From the NCBI RefSeq assembly GCF_032191835.1, contig NC_083237.1, positions 682,001-746,000 on the forward strand: 64,000 nt of DNA, given 5' to 3'. Below the pieces are notes generated by a model. That model did no database searches and had not been told where the DNA came from. It saw nothing but the letters and a program-made list of their open reading frames with translations. Positions 36,916 through 50,771 of the stretch are shown in pieces (within the stretch, counting starts at the first letter, position 1; each line of letters starts with the position of its first letter). The DNA is from Heteronotia binoei (Eukaryota). A program made the translations under genes and the position numbers.

Positions 36916-39875
36916 GTGAGTGAAGCCGCGGAGGGGGGGGGGGGGCTTGCAGCCGGCGTGCCCCCTGGGTCTCCTCCTGGCGGGGCGGAAAGGGCAGGGG
37001 CGGGGGGAGCGAGGGGCCAGCCGGGGTTGGGGGGGGGCGCCGAGAGGCCCTGGCCCCTCGAAGGAAGCAGCCCTCTCCCGTTTGCTTCCCTCGGGAAACC
37101 GGCGGTGCCCGGTGTGGGGGGCGAGGGGTTGCTGGGTGGAGCCCCAGCTTTGGGAGGCACCTTCCTCCCCCCCTCCCTGACTGCAAAGATGGCAGGTCCG
37201 ACCCGAGAGGGGATCCCTCCTAGTGGGGGTCCAATTTGGGGCTCTCTCCAGGCAGTCCGACGGGGCCAAAGGCGCGGTCTGTGGGGCACCCCATAGCAGG
37301 GGCCTCGTTATCGCCCAGCAGCCTCCCTGGGGTTCTTACAAGGAAGGAAGGGGGCCATTTGCCCCTCCTGTGGGACACCCACCAAGTCCCCGCTTTCCTT
37401 TCCCGCTCTGGCCCAGAGAAAGCAGTGCCCCCCTCCACCCAACACACACAGGCGCCCGTCTCCATGGGAATGGGGGCGCTTTCTTCTGGCCAGTAACTTG
37501 GCAGTTGCCAGCTCAGGCACCAAACCTGTTCAGGCAGTCAACCCTGGGCACCGACCTGCGGATGCCTCCAGGTCCTGGGTGGGAAACACAGAGCAGCTTC
37601 TTGGCTTCTCTGTGCTTCTTCCTTCCGCTTCTGGGTGCTAAAAGACCCCCGGAGGGCCTGGGAGGGGCCTGGCTGGCAGAGGCCTGAGCTGCTCTTGTGC
37701 TTTTGGCTGCCCCTTTGCAGTCCGTCCTGGTGGGATGCCGTCTTGCCCTTGGGCCTGACCATGAGCCAGCGGGGGCATTGAAGAAGACATCAGCCCCACC
37801 GGTACTGGAGGCGCAGCAGAGAGGGAAGCCTGCTTTGTCGGGGTGAGTAGGACCCGGGTTCAGGGGCACGGCGATCCAAGCACGTAGCCAAGTGCTGCCC
37901 ACGGGGCTGAAGAGGGCTGTTTTTCTGCTCTCCTGGCGCAGCTGAGCAACGCCTGTGTTTGCCCTTGGGGGCTGTGCTCCCGGGGTTGGGCAAGGAAAGT
38001 CTCTCAGAGTGAAATGGCTCAGCACCTTTGATCCCTGGCAGTCAGAGGGGGAAGGGGCTGATGGAGCCTGCTGCCAAGGAGGAGGGGGCTTGGAGTTGGC
38101 CTCGTGCTCTGCCCTGGTGGAGCAACGCTCGGCTTGCTGACCTGAGTTCTCCTGCTTGGCCTGGCTTCCAGGCACTGCCCAGCACCCTTTTGCTCCTTGG
38201 TGCAAGAGGCTCCAATTCAACCCCTCCCCCCCCGGGGGGGTCTCTTGGGCAAACAGTTTTGTCTCTGCCTAGCCTGTCAGCATAGGTATTGGGAGGGCCA
38301 AAGGAGGCTAGAGGTTGCCTCTCTCTCTCCTGCTTTTGGGGGCAGTTTTAATTGGCACAGCACCCCCTGCAAATACACTATGAGAACTGATGCCTTGCCA
38401 ATCCAAGTGCCAACCCAGCCCTGCTCTGTCTCTTTCTGGAGGAGGTTGGCTTTGGGAGTCCAACCAGAGTTGGCAGCCCTTGGCTGGCTGCCTGGCATGC
38501 CTCAGAAGGGTGAGGGGGTTGTCCCCCACCCTCCTAAGCTCTCTGGGAAGGTTACTTTGCTTTCTGAAAGGCTGGCTTCTTGTTTCCTGTGGCAAAGAGT
38601 CCCCTCCCTGCCTCTGCCTTGTTCCTTGCAGCCTCCAGCATTTACATCAGCAACCTCCCCCCCCCTCCCGCTGCTGTGTGGGCTGGAGGGCACAGCAGAC
38701 GGGAAAGACAGCTGCTGGGAATGTTCCTTGATTTGCTGAAACAGTCCCCAGATAGAGGAGCCCTGGGGAGCAGAAGGAGGGCAGGTGCCAGTGGGCATTT
38801 TTCTCAGAGCCCAGGTGCCCTCTACCTGCCTGCACAGGACTCTCTCTTGGCTTTGTCCCTGCTGGCCCAGGGAGGGGTCTGAGAGGGGGCAGCTTGGGTT
38901 TTATTTATGTGTTCATGTACTTCCTTCCAGCACCTCACTCATTTCTCCTCAGAAGAGGAGATCTGAAGTCTCCTCTTCTCTCTCGTAACCCCACAGCAGC
39001 CCTGCGAGGCCAGCTGAGAGAACGTGACTGACCTAAGGGCTGACTGACCCAAGCCAGCTTCTGTGCCATGAGTGGGGATTCAGGCCTGCCTCACGGGAGG
39101 CTTCTGAGCATGTGCCGAGGGCTTCTTGCCACAGGGGAGGTGTCCCATTTCTGTCTGTCACTTTTTTGTCCTGTGCATCCAGAAAGGATCGTAGGGCAGC
39201 ACATGTGATCTTCCCTGCCTCCGTCCACTCCCCCTCAACGACAGCCCTGTGGGGTAGATAGAGCTGAAAGAAAGCGACTGGCCCCAGCTCAGCCAGAGAG
39301 CGGGAGGGCCAAGAGGAGCCGTGGGCCTCAGCTGCGCAGAAATCAGGCCTCTCCAAAAATCCCATCTGGGAGCAGTCATATGACCGCCCTGTGCCTGTTT
39401 CTGCCTCTGGACACCCGCAGAGAAGAGTCCTGCTGGAGCGAATGGCCCGGGGCAGCAGTTCCCAAGGGGAGTGGGTGCTGAGGAGGAGCTCTGCCTCTGC
39501 CAACTGCCTTCCCATCTGGATGCCACGCTCCTTTCGGGACCGCTCCCCCCGCCCCGGGATCCGAGGGCCTTGCGCATGTGATTGCAGTTTGCCCCTCCAG
39601 CCACCCTCCCCCGCCCCCATTTAGTAAACAGATTTCACCAGCATTGGAGGGGCTTCTAAACCCTCTCTTTAGATCCACTGTGTTGGCCTGAAGCAACAAC
39701 AAAGTTTGCATCCAGTGGCATCTTTCAGAACAACAACATTTAATTCTGGGTACAAGTTCTTGTGTGCTGTCTCTCCTCTGTGGGAAGCTCTGCTCAGCCT
39801 GCCCTGATGACTCCTGGCTTCCTTCTGTGTCCTCCGTGTAGGAGCCTCCTGCCGACATCTCACCCAGCAGCTGCG

Positions 39876-42800
39876 ATGCACCCTCCAGGCCCCCTGCCTG
39901 TGGCCGCTCTCGCCCAACTGGTTTGCCTGCTCTTGGGACTCCCGGCCACCAAGGGCTACGTCCACGCTGTAAGTGTCACGTTGCAGGCCTGACCTGCACC
40001 CAGCAAAGGCCGTGCGGTCTGCGTTGCAGAGGGGGTCTTTGCTTGCTGAGCCTGGCCTCTTGAAGCTGCCTTCTGCTGAACCAGGCCACTTCCTTACTGA
40101 GGTCTGTCTGGGCTTCCCAGACTGGCAGCAGCTCTCAGGGTCTCAGGAGGAGGTGTTTCTCAGCAACTCCTGCCTGCTCCTTTCAACTGGAGATGCCACT
40201 GGGGCTTGAACCTGGGACCTTCTGCATGCCCAGCAGGTGCTCTGCCACAGCCCCCTCCCTGCTCAGATCTAATGTGATGCAGCTTCTGTGGCTGCCCCCT
40301 CCACTCCAGGTCGTGTTGGGAGCCTGTCGCAGTGTCCGGCAATGGACCTCCTTGTATGCAGGAAAAGGCTGCTCCCGCCTGCAGTCAAGGAGACATATGG
40401 GTGCGGCTGGCCAAACGTGCCTTTGTATGTGGCCAGTGCTAGGCTGCAGGATGGTGCTGGGCCCTCGGCGATCTCGGCTCTCGCCACATGAGGGCACCTC
40501 CTCTAAGCAAGAACAGCTCTCAAGCAGGTACATGCACTAAAAGGAGATCGGAGCTGGCCTGCTGGAGAGTTATTTCTTTAGCTTAGTGAGTTATCAGAAT
40601 GTGTCTAGCCCTGCCTTTTCCTGACAGATCAAGGCAGCTTCCAGTTCTAAATTTAAACCATAATACAAGAACAGCCGCCCCCCACTCCCACCCCCAGATG
40701 CCTCCGGAAACTTCTGGCAGATGCCTTCTCCCCCCTCCTCAGGGGCCCGGTGTGGCTGCAGTAGGTGGCAGCCTGGAAGGCAGAGCTGGCCCTCAGGGGG
40801 GAAGGGCCCTGGGCCACGAGGACTTCCGTAGTCAGAACCAGCACCTTGAATTGGACTCAGAAACAAACTGTCAGCCAGTGGAGGGGCGAAAGAATCCCCT
40901 GTTGCCTGGTCAGTGGCAATACCTAGGTTCACTTCAAGGGCAGCCCAGTGAAGGAATTGAAACCCAGCCGCGAAGGTCCAAAAGCACGGATTGGCATGGC
41001 CAGATCAGCTGAGTCTGAGTCTAAGAAAGGAGAGAGTTGGCAACCCAAACACAGCTGGATAGAAGGTGCTCTCGGCCGCTCTGCCTGCCTGCTTTTCAGA
41101 CACCAAGGCCGGGTCCTTGAGCGCACCCCCCCCCCTCCCCAGCTCTTCACCTGCTCCTCACAAGCCAACCCCGTTCCAGCCCAGACAAGTGGAGCCTGAG
41201 CCTGCTACAGGGAGGGCGGGATATAAATCTAATAGAATAAAACAAACGTCGGGCTTCCCGCACCAGTTTGGATTCAGCTTGTCCTGTCTTGGCCACTTGG
41301 CCCCAGAACCAGGCTGGAGGCATCTGGAAAAGGAACTGCAGAGCTGGGTTGTCACTGCCTGCTGATGCCTTCTCAGTCCAGAACCTCGCCTTCCCCTGCA
41401 GGGTATGAAGCACTGGGCACTGTCCAGAGGCCGTCCAGAGAGCTAGAATTTGTTGCCTCTTGAGAAACGGAGACGAGGGGATTTTTCTACATGTGGGTAG
41501 GACAGATGGGGAGAAGTCCCACCCCTTTCTGTCCATCACACATGAAGCCGCCTTCTCCTGAATCAGACCCCCCTTGGTCCATCAAGGCCAGTCTTGTCTA
41601 CTCAGGCAGGCAGCTGCTCTCCAGGCTCTTGGCAGAAAAAGGTCTTTCCCATCCCCTCCTCCCTTGGCCTTTGAACTGGAGGTTTCGGGGACCACTGAGC
41701 CACGGCCAATCCCCTGTATGCTTGTTTGGGGGGCAGTTGGTCTGTGTGTTGTCCTGGGAGGCAGGAGGGGGGGAGTGGGGGGGAGAGAGCAGTTCCGGGC
41801 CAGCTGGGTTCCAATGGGGTTTGTTTCTCCAGCACCTTCAGCAGGAGACAACTCTTCTTGGGAGGCGGTCCAGCTCTCAGAGTCTGGGTAGAGGGTTTGT
41901 GCTTTTGGAGGGGAAGGCAGATTGTTCTTAGGAGACTTTGGACATCTCAGAGCCTGTGAAAAATGCAGGCGAGTGTAGTGGAGACTGTAGCTGTCTCGAA
42001 GACCACTTGCTAAGGGAGGTCTGTTGTTTCCAAGAGGCGCTCCCCGGAAGATCTTGGAAGTGACAGAAGGCCAGTTTCCCCCTCAAACTCAAGAGTCAGG
42101 CAGGGCACTGGGCACCCAAGAGTGAGGATTTGAAACCATCGAGCTGAAAAATCCCCAGCAAAAGCTGGATGTTGTCCTGAGAGAGTTTTGAGCCACACCA
42201 CCTTCTTTAGCAGGCCTTGAAGGGCTCTCTGGCATCAGCCAGCCTGCCTTGCAAGGAAGAAGGAGAGGAGGCCAACCCCTCCAGGCAGGCAGGTGGCTGG
42301 GTGGGCAGAGCGCTTCCCACCCCTTTGGACAGCTGTGTCCATCTCTCCTCAGATGTCAGGCCACAACTCCAGCATGGACTTCTCGGACATTCCTGCCAAC
42401 TTTGGGAATCCGCTGCCACCTGAGGGACTCCTGGTGAGTATCCCAACACGTGAGGGGAGGCACAGGGGCTGCCGCGGGTGGCCCGGTGGGGGGCGTTACT
42501 TCTGACTCCCTCCCCTCCAGACACCACTGCTTGCCAGCCCCCTCCTCCCGGGGGGAGCAGGCCTGGCAGTGAGATTTCTGGGCCTGTTGGGCTGAGTCTC
42601 TCCCCTGCTGGCCTCCAGGGCCTTTTGGTGGAAGCCAAGCCTGCCAACGCCTGCCAGCCAGTCGAGGCCCCTCCAGAGGCATCCAACACAAGCAGCTTCA
42701 TCGCCCTCGTCCGGAGATACGATTGCCACTTTGATGCCAAGGTGGGTTGATCTGGAAGGGTGGCATTTGTGCCAGGGCCCTGAGGCCCAGCACTTGGGCT

Positions 42801-45800
42801 GAAGGCTGATGGGCAGCCCTGGTACGTCAGCGGGACTCCCCCGCCCCTGTGTGGGTCCTGCTGACCTCCCCCTCCTCTCGTCCTGCAGGTGTATCACGCC
42901 CAGCAGGCTGGGTACGCAGCAGTCATTGTGCACAACGTGGGCTCCGAGGAGCTGCTTCACATGGTCTGGGATGACGGTCAGTGAGGGCAGGGGGGAGAGA
43001 CTCCTCCGCCTGCTCTTTCTGGGCCTTCCTGACCCACAGCCTCTCATTCTTCTTCCCTCCAGAAAAACTCCGCAAACGCATCACTATCCCTTCGGTGTTT
43101 GTGGGAGAGAGTGCGGCCAAATTATTGCGCAATTTCTTCACCTACGAGAGAGGGTAGGTGCCCCTGCCCCCCGGGGGAGGGGTGGCTTGTTCAGGGGTGG
43201 GTCCCAGCCTCACTGGTGCAGCAGTTGCCAAGCACAGCAGATTCTGTGTCCTGTTCACAGACTTCATTTATACTCCTCTCCTCCCCAGCTTACATTTTTC
43301 CTTTTTCCTCCACTTTATCGTTGCAATAACCTTGTGAGGTAGGCTGGGCTGAGAGGGTGTGGCTGGGCCCAGGTTCCCCAAGGAGTTTCCATAGCTGAGT
43401 GGGGATTCAAACCTGGGTCTTCCAGATCCAACACTCTTCCTCAGTGGTTTTGCATGTAATGGGGGCTGCATGGGAGAATCGCCACCCACAGTCGTTCCAG
43501 GCTCCCCCCCCCCGCCCCGTGATAGAAGGGATGTCCGTGGGTCAGCTGAAGAAGCCCTGGGAACACTCAGAGCTGGGAAGTGGCCGCAGTTCCAAAGCCT
43601 CCCTAACAGCAGAGCAGAGCTGCCCTCCTCCTCTTCTGCATCCTGCACTTTGCTCCACCTTTCCTACAATTGGCAAAATCCAGACAAACAGACAACCGTC
43701 CCAAGGGAAGCCTGGCATGCAGAAAAAGAGCCACTTCGCTAAGAAGATTAATCTTGGCTAAGACCCTTTGACAGGGAAGGTTTCCTCAGCTCTTTGAAAG
43801 GCTACCGTGGCAAAACTGCTTTCCTTTCCTTTATGGGGAGGTGTAACCAACCTCAGTGCCCCCCCCCAACCAACAGAGGAAAGCATCAGTGGTGAGAAGG
43901 TCCCGGTAGGACTGCAGATGTGGGGGGGGAGGTCATGGGAGCAACCCCCCCCTCCCGTGAATTGCACCTAGAGACAGACGAGGCCTTCCCTTCCCGGCTG
44001 GGGGCTGATTTCCAGTCTGTGGCCTCTTCCTGCTCAGCATCCCCCAGCTTGAAGGCTGCCGGAGGTCTTCACGGGTCACCTCTGGAACTGGAGGCTTCAG
44101 GGCTGGGTGGAGCTCCACCACCTCTCCCTTTCCAAAATCAACTCCCTGCTTCCGGATCTTTCCCAAAGTAGATTCTCCATTGGGATGTGAGTGCATAGAA
44201 ACATAGAGTAGGAAGGCATCTCCAGGGTCATATAGTGCAAGAGCAAATACCTCCCCCCCCCATACACCCTTCCTGCCTCCTTCTCATGACCTGCCTAATT
44301 CACAGGATCAGCATTGCTGTCAGATGCCCCTCTAGCCTCTGCTTAAAAACCTCCACGGAAGGAGAGCCCCCCACCTCCCTGTTCCACTAAGGAAGAAGCT
44401 CTCGCTGTCAGGAAGAAGTTATTTATCGGTTTATTATTTCTTTTCCTTTTCCTGTTAGTAGTAGAGAAGAGCAGGAGTCCAGAAGCAAAATGTGTGGCTG
44501 CAGGGGAGGAGCTTTTGTGAGCCCCGGCTCACTTCTTCAGACACGGAAGCTGCATTTTGTTAGGCTTTAAGATGCTCCTGCTCTTTTCTGATGGCACAGA
44601 CACCCCTCTGGATCTTTCCCTGATAGGTGGATCATGGGGGGGGGAGGGACTTGTGGGAGCTGGGTGGGCCTTGTGAGCAGTGGCTGGTTGCAGCATCATA
44701 AAAGGGCTTGTGAGGAAAGGCGGGGGGCCTCCCCGCCCACAAAGCAAAGGCCAGCTCCTGAACTTTCCCCACCCCCTTTCCCAGGGCTCATGTCGTCTTG
44801 ATTCCAGAGTACATCTTCCCTTTGGGCTATTACCTCATCCCTTTCACAGGCGTGGTGGGCATCGTGATCGCTGTGATGTGTACCATCCTGGTGAGTTCTG
44901 CTGTCCTTCTGGCAGGGGTGGCCTGGCTTTGTTGCAGAGGGAGGGGGGTTGTGGCTGAAGTGGGGGGGGGCCTGCAGGACAGGGAGAGCTGGGATTATTC
45001 AGCATCTGCCAACTTGGGAGACCACAGATCGCAGGTCCCTCCAAGCCAACCTTCAGAGAGCCCCAGTGCCTCCAGCAAGTCCTCCAAAAGGGTGGGAAGG
45101 CAGTACCTTTCTATGCTCTCCCCCCAAAGGATATTCAGAAGGCATATTGGGGGGTTCCATTTGGTAGCAGGCCTTCACAGACCTCTCTTGGTCCATGAAT
45201 TTGTGTGGCCTCCATTCTGAAGCCATCCAAGCTGTCAGTGCATCTTGTGGCATAGAGTTCCACAGGCCAATTGTCCTTCCTTTTGTTTGCCTCAAATTGA
45301 CTGACAGTTCGTTCTCTTGGTCAGCCCCGCCTTCGTGTGTTATGGGATACGATGGGGAAGTGTTCTCAAGTCAGCTTCCTAAATATCAGAGAGCTGAGTG
45401 GTTTCACACATTACAGCAGTGCAAACCCAGGTTTACCTTCAAACATCTCCACAACAAGAAGCAAAAGCCAGCCCTGGCTTGCACCCTGGGGGGGCAGCGG
45501 GGTGGTCCCCTTGGCTTGCGAGTTGCGTCTCCCCTTGTGCACCCTGCATTTGTGCAAGTCTCCTTTGCAGAACTTTTTGGAACGGGCCAGAAAGGTGGGC
45601 GGGGGGTGGCCAGTGACCGACCCGGGGCTTCTCTCCCTGGTGAGCAGGTGGTGCGCTGCATTCAGCACCGGAAGCGGCTGCGGAGGAACCGCCTTTCGAA
45701 GGAGCAGCTGAGGAAGATCCCTGTTCACAAGTACAAGAAAGGTGAGGGGGGGGAGGCAGGGGGGGGCCTCATCTGGGGCATGAAAGGCCCCCTCCCCTTC

Positions 45801-48479
45801 ATCTTCCATCCCAGCTCAGGGTGAATTTTGTGCAAAGGATCCCTGCATACGCTGCAGGCCATCTCTTGCAGTAGAGGAGACCCTTTGGGCTTTGGAACTG
45901 AGCAGCCAAGCAAGGCAGGGGAGAATCGGGCGGGGTGGTTCTGGGAAAGTGAAGCAGGGGGGCAGTAGTTTGGGTCCCACCTCAGCAGTGCTCCCTTTCC
46001 CCAGCAGAGGGAGCCCTTGAAGCAGCACATGGTCTCCGCCCCCCTTCTCTTCCCCCGGAAGCTGCTTCCTTGGAGGGGGGGAGGGCAGGGCTGCTGCTTG
46101 GCTTCTCCTCCTGGTTTTTTCCACCCTGGCCCCGCCCAGCTTCCCTTGTGGGAGAGGGCACCAGCCTTTGGGGGCTTCTTTGTTCTACCTGCGCCTGGGG
46201 GGGGAGGGAGGGGGGGTGCCCTTGCATGCCGGCCAGCAGCAGCCCCCCCCCCGCCCCGTCCTGCAGGGGCCGTTCCTGGGCGATTGTTCAGGAGGCCCCC
46301 TTCCTGAAGCCTGGCGCAGAAAAGCCACCCAGAGCCATTGAATATACCAACCCATGAAAAGAGATGGGGCAGCAGGGCTTTCTCAGCAGTGGCCCCAGCC
46401 TTTGGAACTCCCTGCTTCAAGAGAACTTCAGTGGGTGGGCAGTTGAAGACAGTGTTTATTCCAGAGTACATGGGTTGCTTCTGGCCTATATCCCTTGATT
46501 TCCCAGGGCCATCTGAGCGCCCTTTTTAGGACTGGCTGTTTCTGGCCTGCTGCCCCGCCTTGGGAGGGGAGGGGCCCTCGCAACTCAAGGGCTGGGCAAA
46601 TAAGTCAATGGAGGGGCTGGGGCCCCCCAGCTGGCTCGTGGGAGGGAGGGGCTGCAAGGGCAGGCTGTTCTGGCAAGGCGAGGGGGCTGGGGTCTGTGCT
46701 GCCCCATCTCTCCCCACCCTGGCTGGGGGCAAGAGGGAGGGGTTCCGAGCACCCCTCTTCTGCCCCCCCCCCAAAGCAGCATCCTGCAGGGCGTCTGGGC
46801 ATTGCACAGGCGGGGAGAGGGGAATGTGGGCTGGGCTGGGTGATCCTTTGCCAGAGAGCGCCTTTGCGGGCTACCCTCCCAGATGTCCTCTTGCTTGCTG
46901 CCCTGAGCTCCTGGTGGGGGGGTCCACGAGGCTGCCAGACTGCCCGGCTTGCTTCAGCCCCCCCCCCCCCCCGCTTTGTTTGCCGGCTGCCCCCTCCCCC
47001 CCCCAGGAGCCGCCCAGCTTGGCCTGGCCTCTCTCGCCGGCTGACTAAGCGTGAGGCGGGAGGGGGGGAGGAAGGGAAGCGGCTGGCCCCGGAGCCGCCG
47101 CCGTTTGCCTTATAAGGCCTTGCCTAGCGAGCGGCCCTCTGACCGCTTCCCTTCCCTGCCCTGCCCAGCCCAGGCACTGCTGCTGCAAGCGAGGCCCGCC
47201 TGCCCGCCTTCCTGTTTGCGCAGCGCCTGCCACCGCCCCACCGGGACGCCTGCAAGCACCCCCCCTCCCCGCCTGAGCAGCCCCTTTGCGGGCTTCACTC
47301 CTCCAGGCGCTGGCTGGGACAAGAGGCCTCCTGAGCAGTAGTTTTCACAATGGCCCTGGCCACAGTTCAGAGGGGGTGGGGTGTTTCCTGGGCCATAGCC
47401 CTGCTGCTTCCTTCCCAGAGGCCTTTGCAGGATCTCTCTGATCCTTCTCACAGGAGGTGTTGCTAGGGACTGACCCTGGGATCCCCCCCCCACTTGGCAG
47501 GTATTTTGGGGGGGGGATCTGTAGTAGAATCCAGCCATGTGAGCCCTTTCCAGTAAGACCCGTCTGAACAAGCATGGCTTTGTGCAGCACCTAGCACGTT
47601 GCAAAATGGGTCAGGACAAGGGCCTGCCTAATCCAGCTCTCTGCTCAGCCACCAGGAGGCATGTGAGGCTTCCCCCCCCCACCCCCACCCCCTCAGGCCT
47701 GGCTCTCAGAGGGCTGGGTGCTGAGAGCACAGAGGAGCTTTCTAGCCCCTGAGCGGCCTGGAGCCCACTCTAGCTGCTCTGCCACCCATGGAAACCGTGT
47801 CGCCCAAAGAGGCTGCAATGAGCTCCTGGGGGAGCCCCCCCCCCTTTGCTGTCCCGCCTGCCTGCCAGCCCCTGCAACTGGCAGGAGCTGAAAGAGAGGA
47901 GGCCTGCGCTGGCTCCGGGGGCTTTCTGCAGCGGTGCCTTCCTTCTCGCTCAGGAGACGAGTATGATGTCTGTGCCATCTGCCTGGAGGAGTACGAAGAC
48001 GGTGCCCGGCTGCGCATCTTGCCCTGCTCTCACGGTAAGGAGACGGTCCTTGTGGGCGACCCACTGCCCAGGGTGGGGGGAGCGGAGGAGCAAGGGCCTT
48101 CCTTCCATCCCCGGGGGTGGGGGGCCTGAAGAGAACCCTGTGCAGGAGGCAAGGAGTTGAGCTGTCCCCCTCCCCAGCCTATCACTGCAAGTGCGTGGAC
48201 CCCTGGCTGACGCAGACGAAGAAGACCTGCCCTGTGTGCAAGCAGCGCGTGATCCGATCGGCTGAGGACTCCGACTCAGAGGGTGAGGCCCAGCCACGGC
48301 CCCCCCAGGAGGAAGACGAGGAGGAGGAGGACTCGGAGCGCACTCCCCTGCTGCGTGCCTCGCCCCTGGGGGCAGCACTGGGGCCCTCCTTTGGCAGCAT
48401 TGCCCAGCCCCCCCCTCCCTGCCTGGGGGAAGAGGAGGAGCAAGGGCCCAGCAGCCCCCCTCGCTCTGTGCAGGTCTAG
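39876..48479 (+). CDS. RNF167: E3 ubiquitin ligase RNF167 (signal peptide, PA domain, TM, RING-H2), 352 aa
   Basis: Exons: 39876-39968, 42353-42433, 42619-42741, 42889-42976, 43063-43153, 44785-44890, 45648-45741, 47954-48034, 48178-48479 (1059 nt, in frame). Peptides [20 protein letters not shown]...[16 protein letters not shown]...CPVC and SERTPLL. Confidence 0.97.
40060..40258 (-). mobile_element. tRNA-derived SINE (Squam2-like, tentative)
   Basis: Same family as the copies at 3015 and 27780. Confidence 0.7.
44194..44420 (-). mobile_element. CR1 3' fragment
   Basis: catagaaacatagagtaggaagg... followed by gcttaaaaacctcc...ggagagccc. Confidence 0.75.
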
Positions 48480-49557
48480 CGCTTGCTGCAGGGACCCTCT
48501 GCTTTTACCACTGAGCTTCCAGTAGATTTTAACCTTGTACTGAGGGGGGGTAGTGTCAGGGGACTAGCAGTTGTCCCTCTCGGGGAGGAGAACAGGAAGA
48601 GGAAGTGGGGGGGCAGGCTGCTTCGCCAGCAGGGAAATGCTGAGGCTTTCAAACCCTGGGATGGGGGTGGCGGCCTTGGTCTGTCCCACTTCCCCACCTT
48701 GTCTTCCCTTGTGGGGCAAGCAGAGCGCTCCCCCTTCCTTCCATTCCGGCTGGGTGAGCAGAGGTGGAAGACCAGGGGCTTGCAGGTGCCTCCGCAGGGG
48801 AGGGGGGGGGCTCTGCCTTTAACCCGCAAGATGCTGGGGTTGCTGGCTTCTGATCCCAACAGAAAGAACTACCTTTCCCAGGGTCCTTTGGGTGCAAGGC
48901 TGGTGTTGCACCACAGGCTGCATCCTGCCTGGTCTTTTGCACTTTTGCTGCCTGCCTCAGCCCCAGAGGAGCCCAGCCGGTCTCTGGCCCTTCCTCTAGC
49001 AAGCCAAGCCACGCAGATGCCCACCTTCTGCACACCTTCCCCAGTTAGCGTGGGAGAGAGAGCAGCCATCTTTGCGGAAGCAGCAACAAAGAGGCGGGGG
49101 GGGGGGGGTGGTAGATGGGACTTCCCCTGAGTACCCACTCAGGGTGGGTGGGTGGGCACAAGCCTCACTTTTGCCCTCCCCACACCAGTTTTTGATAGGC
49201 CCTTTTCAGGCCTCTGTGCTCTGCTGGGTTTGAACTGCCCCCCACTTCCCCACTGAAGACCTCGTTCCTCTGTGGGAGGAAGGTTAACATCTTCTTTTGA
49301 GCTCCCCCCCAAACATGACCAAGGTGGGTGGCTTCGTGCCCTGGGAATGGTGCAGGAGCTGCTCAGTTCAGCTTTACTGAACGCACCAGGGGGGGGGGGA
49401 GATTTTTACTGCACATTCCTTTGATCTTTGGCTGTGTGGGTTTCTTGTAACACAGCCCTTTGGGGAGAGGGGCCTGGGGTCCTCCCAGAGCTTTTGTATG
49501 TACACTTTTCTCTGCAGGAAGACGACGACAGCCCTTCCGCAGCCTACACTGTAACCT

Positions 49558-49563
49558 ATTAAA
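49558..49563 (+). terminator. Candidate RNF167 polyadenylation signal (ATTAAA)
   Basis: Variant hexamer about 1.1 kb after the stop, with U/G-rich sequence downstream. Confidence 0.45.
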
Positions 49564-50424
49564 AGGGAGTTGGTTTAACAGGATGAGCTTGGCTGGTTTT
49601 TACTTTGGGTCCTTCTATGCTGCATCTTCAGAGCTCGGTACGAGAAAACAGCCGAGGTGGGCCTTTGCTGGTCTGGCATCTTTTGTGGTGCAGCTCTGTC
49701 CCTGTCTATATGCAGGGAGGAGGCATTGCGCAGGGGGTCCTTCCAACTCTAGGATTCTGTGCCCAGGCCAGAGCTTTCTCCCTGCCCCCCAGCCTCCTTT
49801 TAGGGGGTCTGGTCCTGGAAACGAAGGGGGGCTCCCACTCTGGCCTGGAAGAGCCCAGCCAACCTGCCCTCTCAGCTGCTAACGCAGCCTCTCTGTTTAC
49901 CAGCTGGGAGGGGCCACCTTTGGGCCTCACCCAGGGCAGGTGAAGGACCCTCCCAGTTGCCAGATCAGCAGCCCTCACTCTTCCCTCCCCCGGCCACAGC
50001 TGTGCAAGGCAGATGGGGATCCTCCCTGCCCTCAACAGGAAGGAAGGGCTGCAGAGGCCACAGTGGGGGAGGGGGGAGCAGAGCTGCCACCCAAAGATGA
50101 AACATCCCCCCCGACCTGCTCCTGTGGCTCACGCAAGGCGGTCTCTGTCCGCTGCTGGAACACAAGCCATTGTTCCGAGGAACAAGCACGCTTTGTCTGC
50201 CCCCTTTGCTTAATGATTGTTCTGACCCAGAGAAACAAGGAAGAGGAGCTCAACTATTTGCATCAGGAGGGGGAGTGTCTCCTCCTTGGGCTGGCCACAT
50301 CTGCCCACCCTCCGAGTCCAGGCCAACCCCTTGCCCAGGCGGAAGGGGAAAGAAGCCCAGTGGGCGGGCCAGCCCGGCCCCTCCCTCCCTCCTTCCCAAT
50401 GAGGAGGAGCCCTTTAGAATTCAA

Positions 50425-50430
50425 TTTATT
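50425..50430 (-). terminator. Probable PFN1 polyadenylation signal
   Basis: TTTATT on the plus strand (AATAAA on minus), about 340 nt after the stop, at the end of a U-rich UTR. Confidence 0.75.
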
Positions 50431-50771
50431 TTTATTTTTCTTGTTCCAATATAGTTTTCTTAACCAAAAAACTACACCTTGTAACAACCAGAAAATTTGG
50501 CAGCAATAAGGATTTGTGATAGAAAAAATGGCAAAAAGAGAAGAACAAGGAGTGCGGGTGTCAGGAAGGGGGTAAGGAAAAAACCGATAGAAATGGGGGT
50601 GGGGAAGGGAGAGGCCACGAGTGGGTGGAGGGCTGGAATAGACGGCGATCCGGCCCCAGGGTCGATCCCACGATGGCAGGGCCGGGGCCCTGGGCAGTCG
50701 CCGCCACCTTGGACATCCTTACACCATTCCATCAGTAGTACCACAGGCGGGGCCCCGCCGGAAGGCACATG

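Noticed and set aside
35366-37269. Long ORFs of 390-606 aa
   Set aside because: Translations of the polypurine/polypyrimidine tract, which lacks stop codons; no protein-like complexity.
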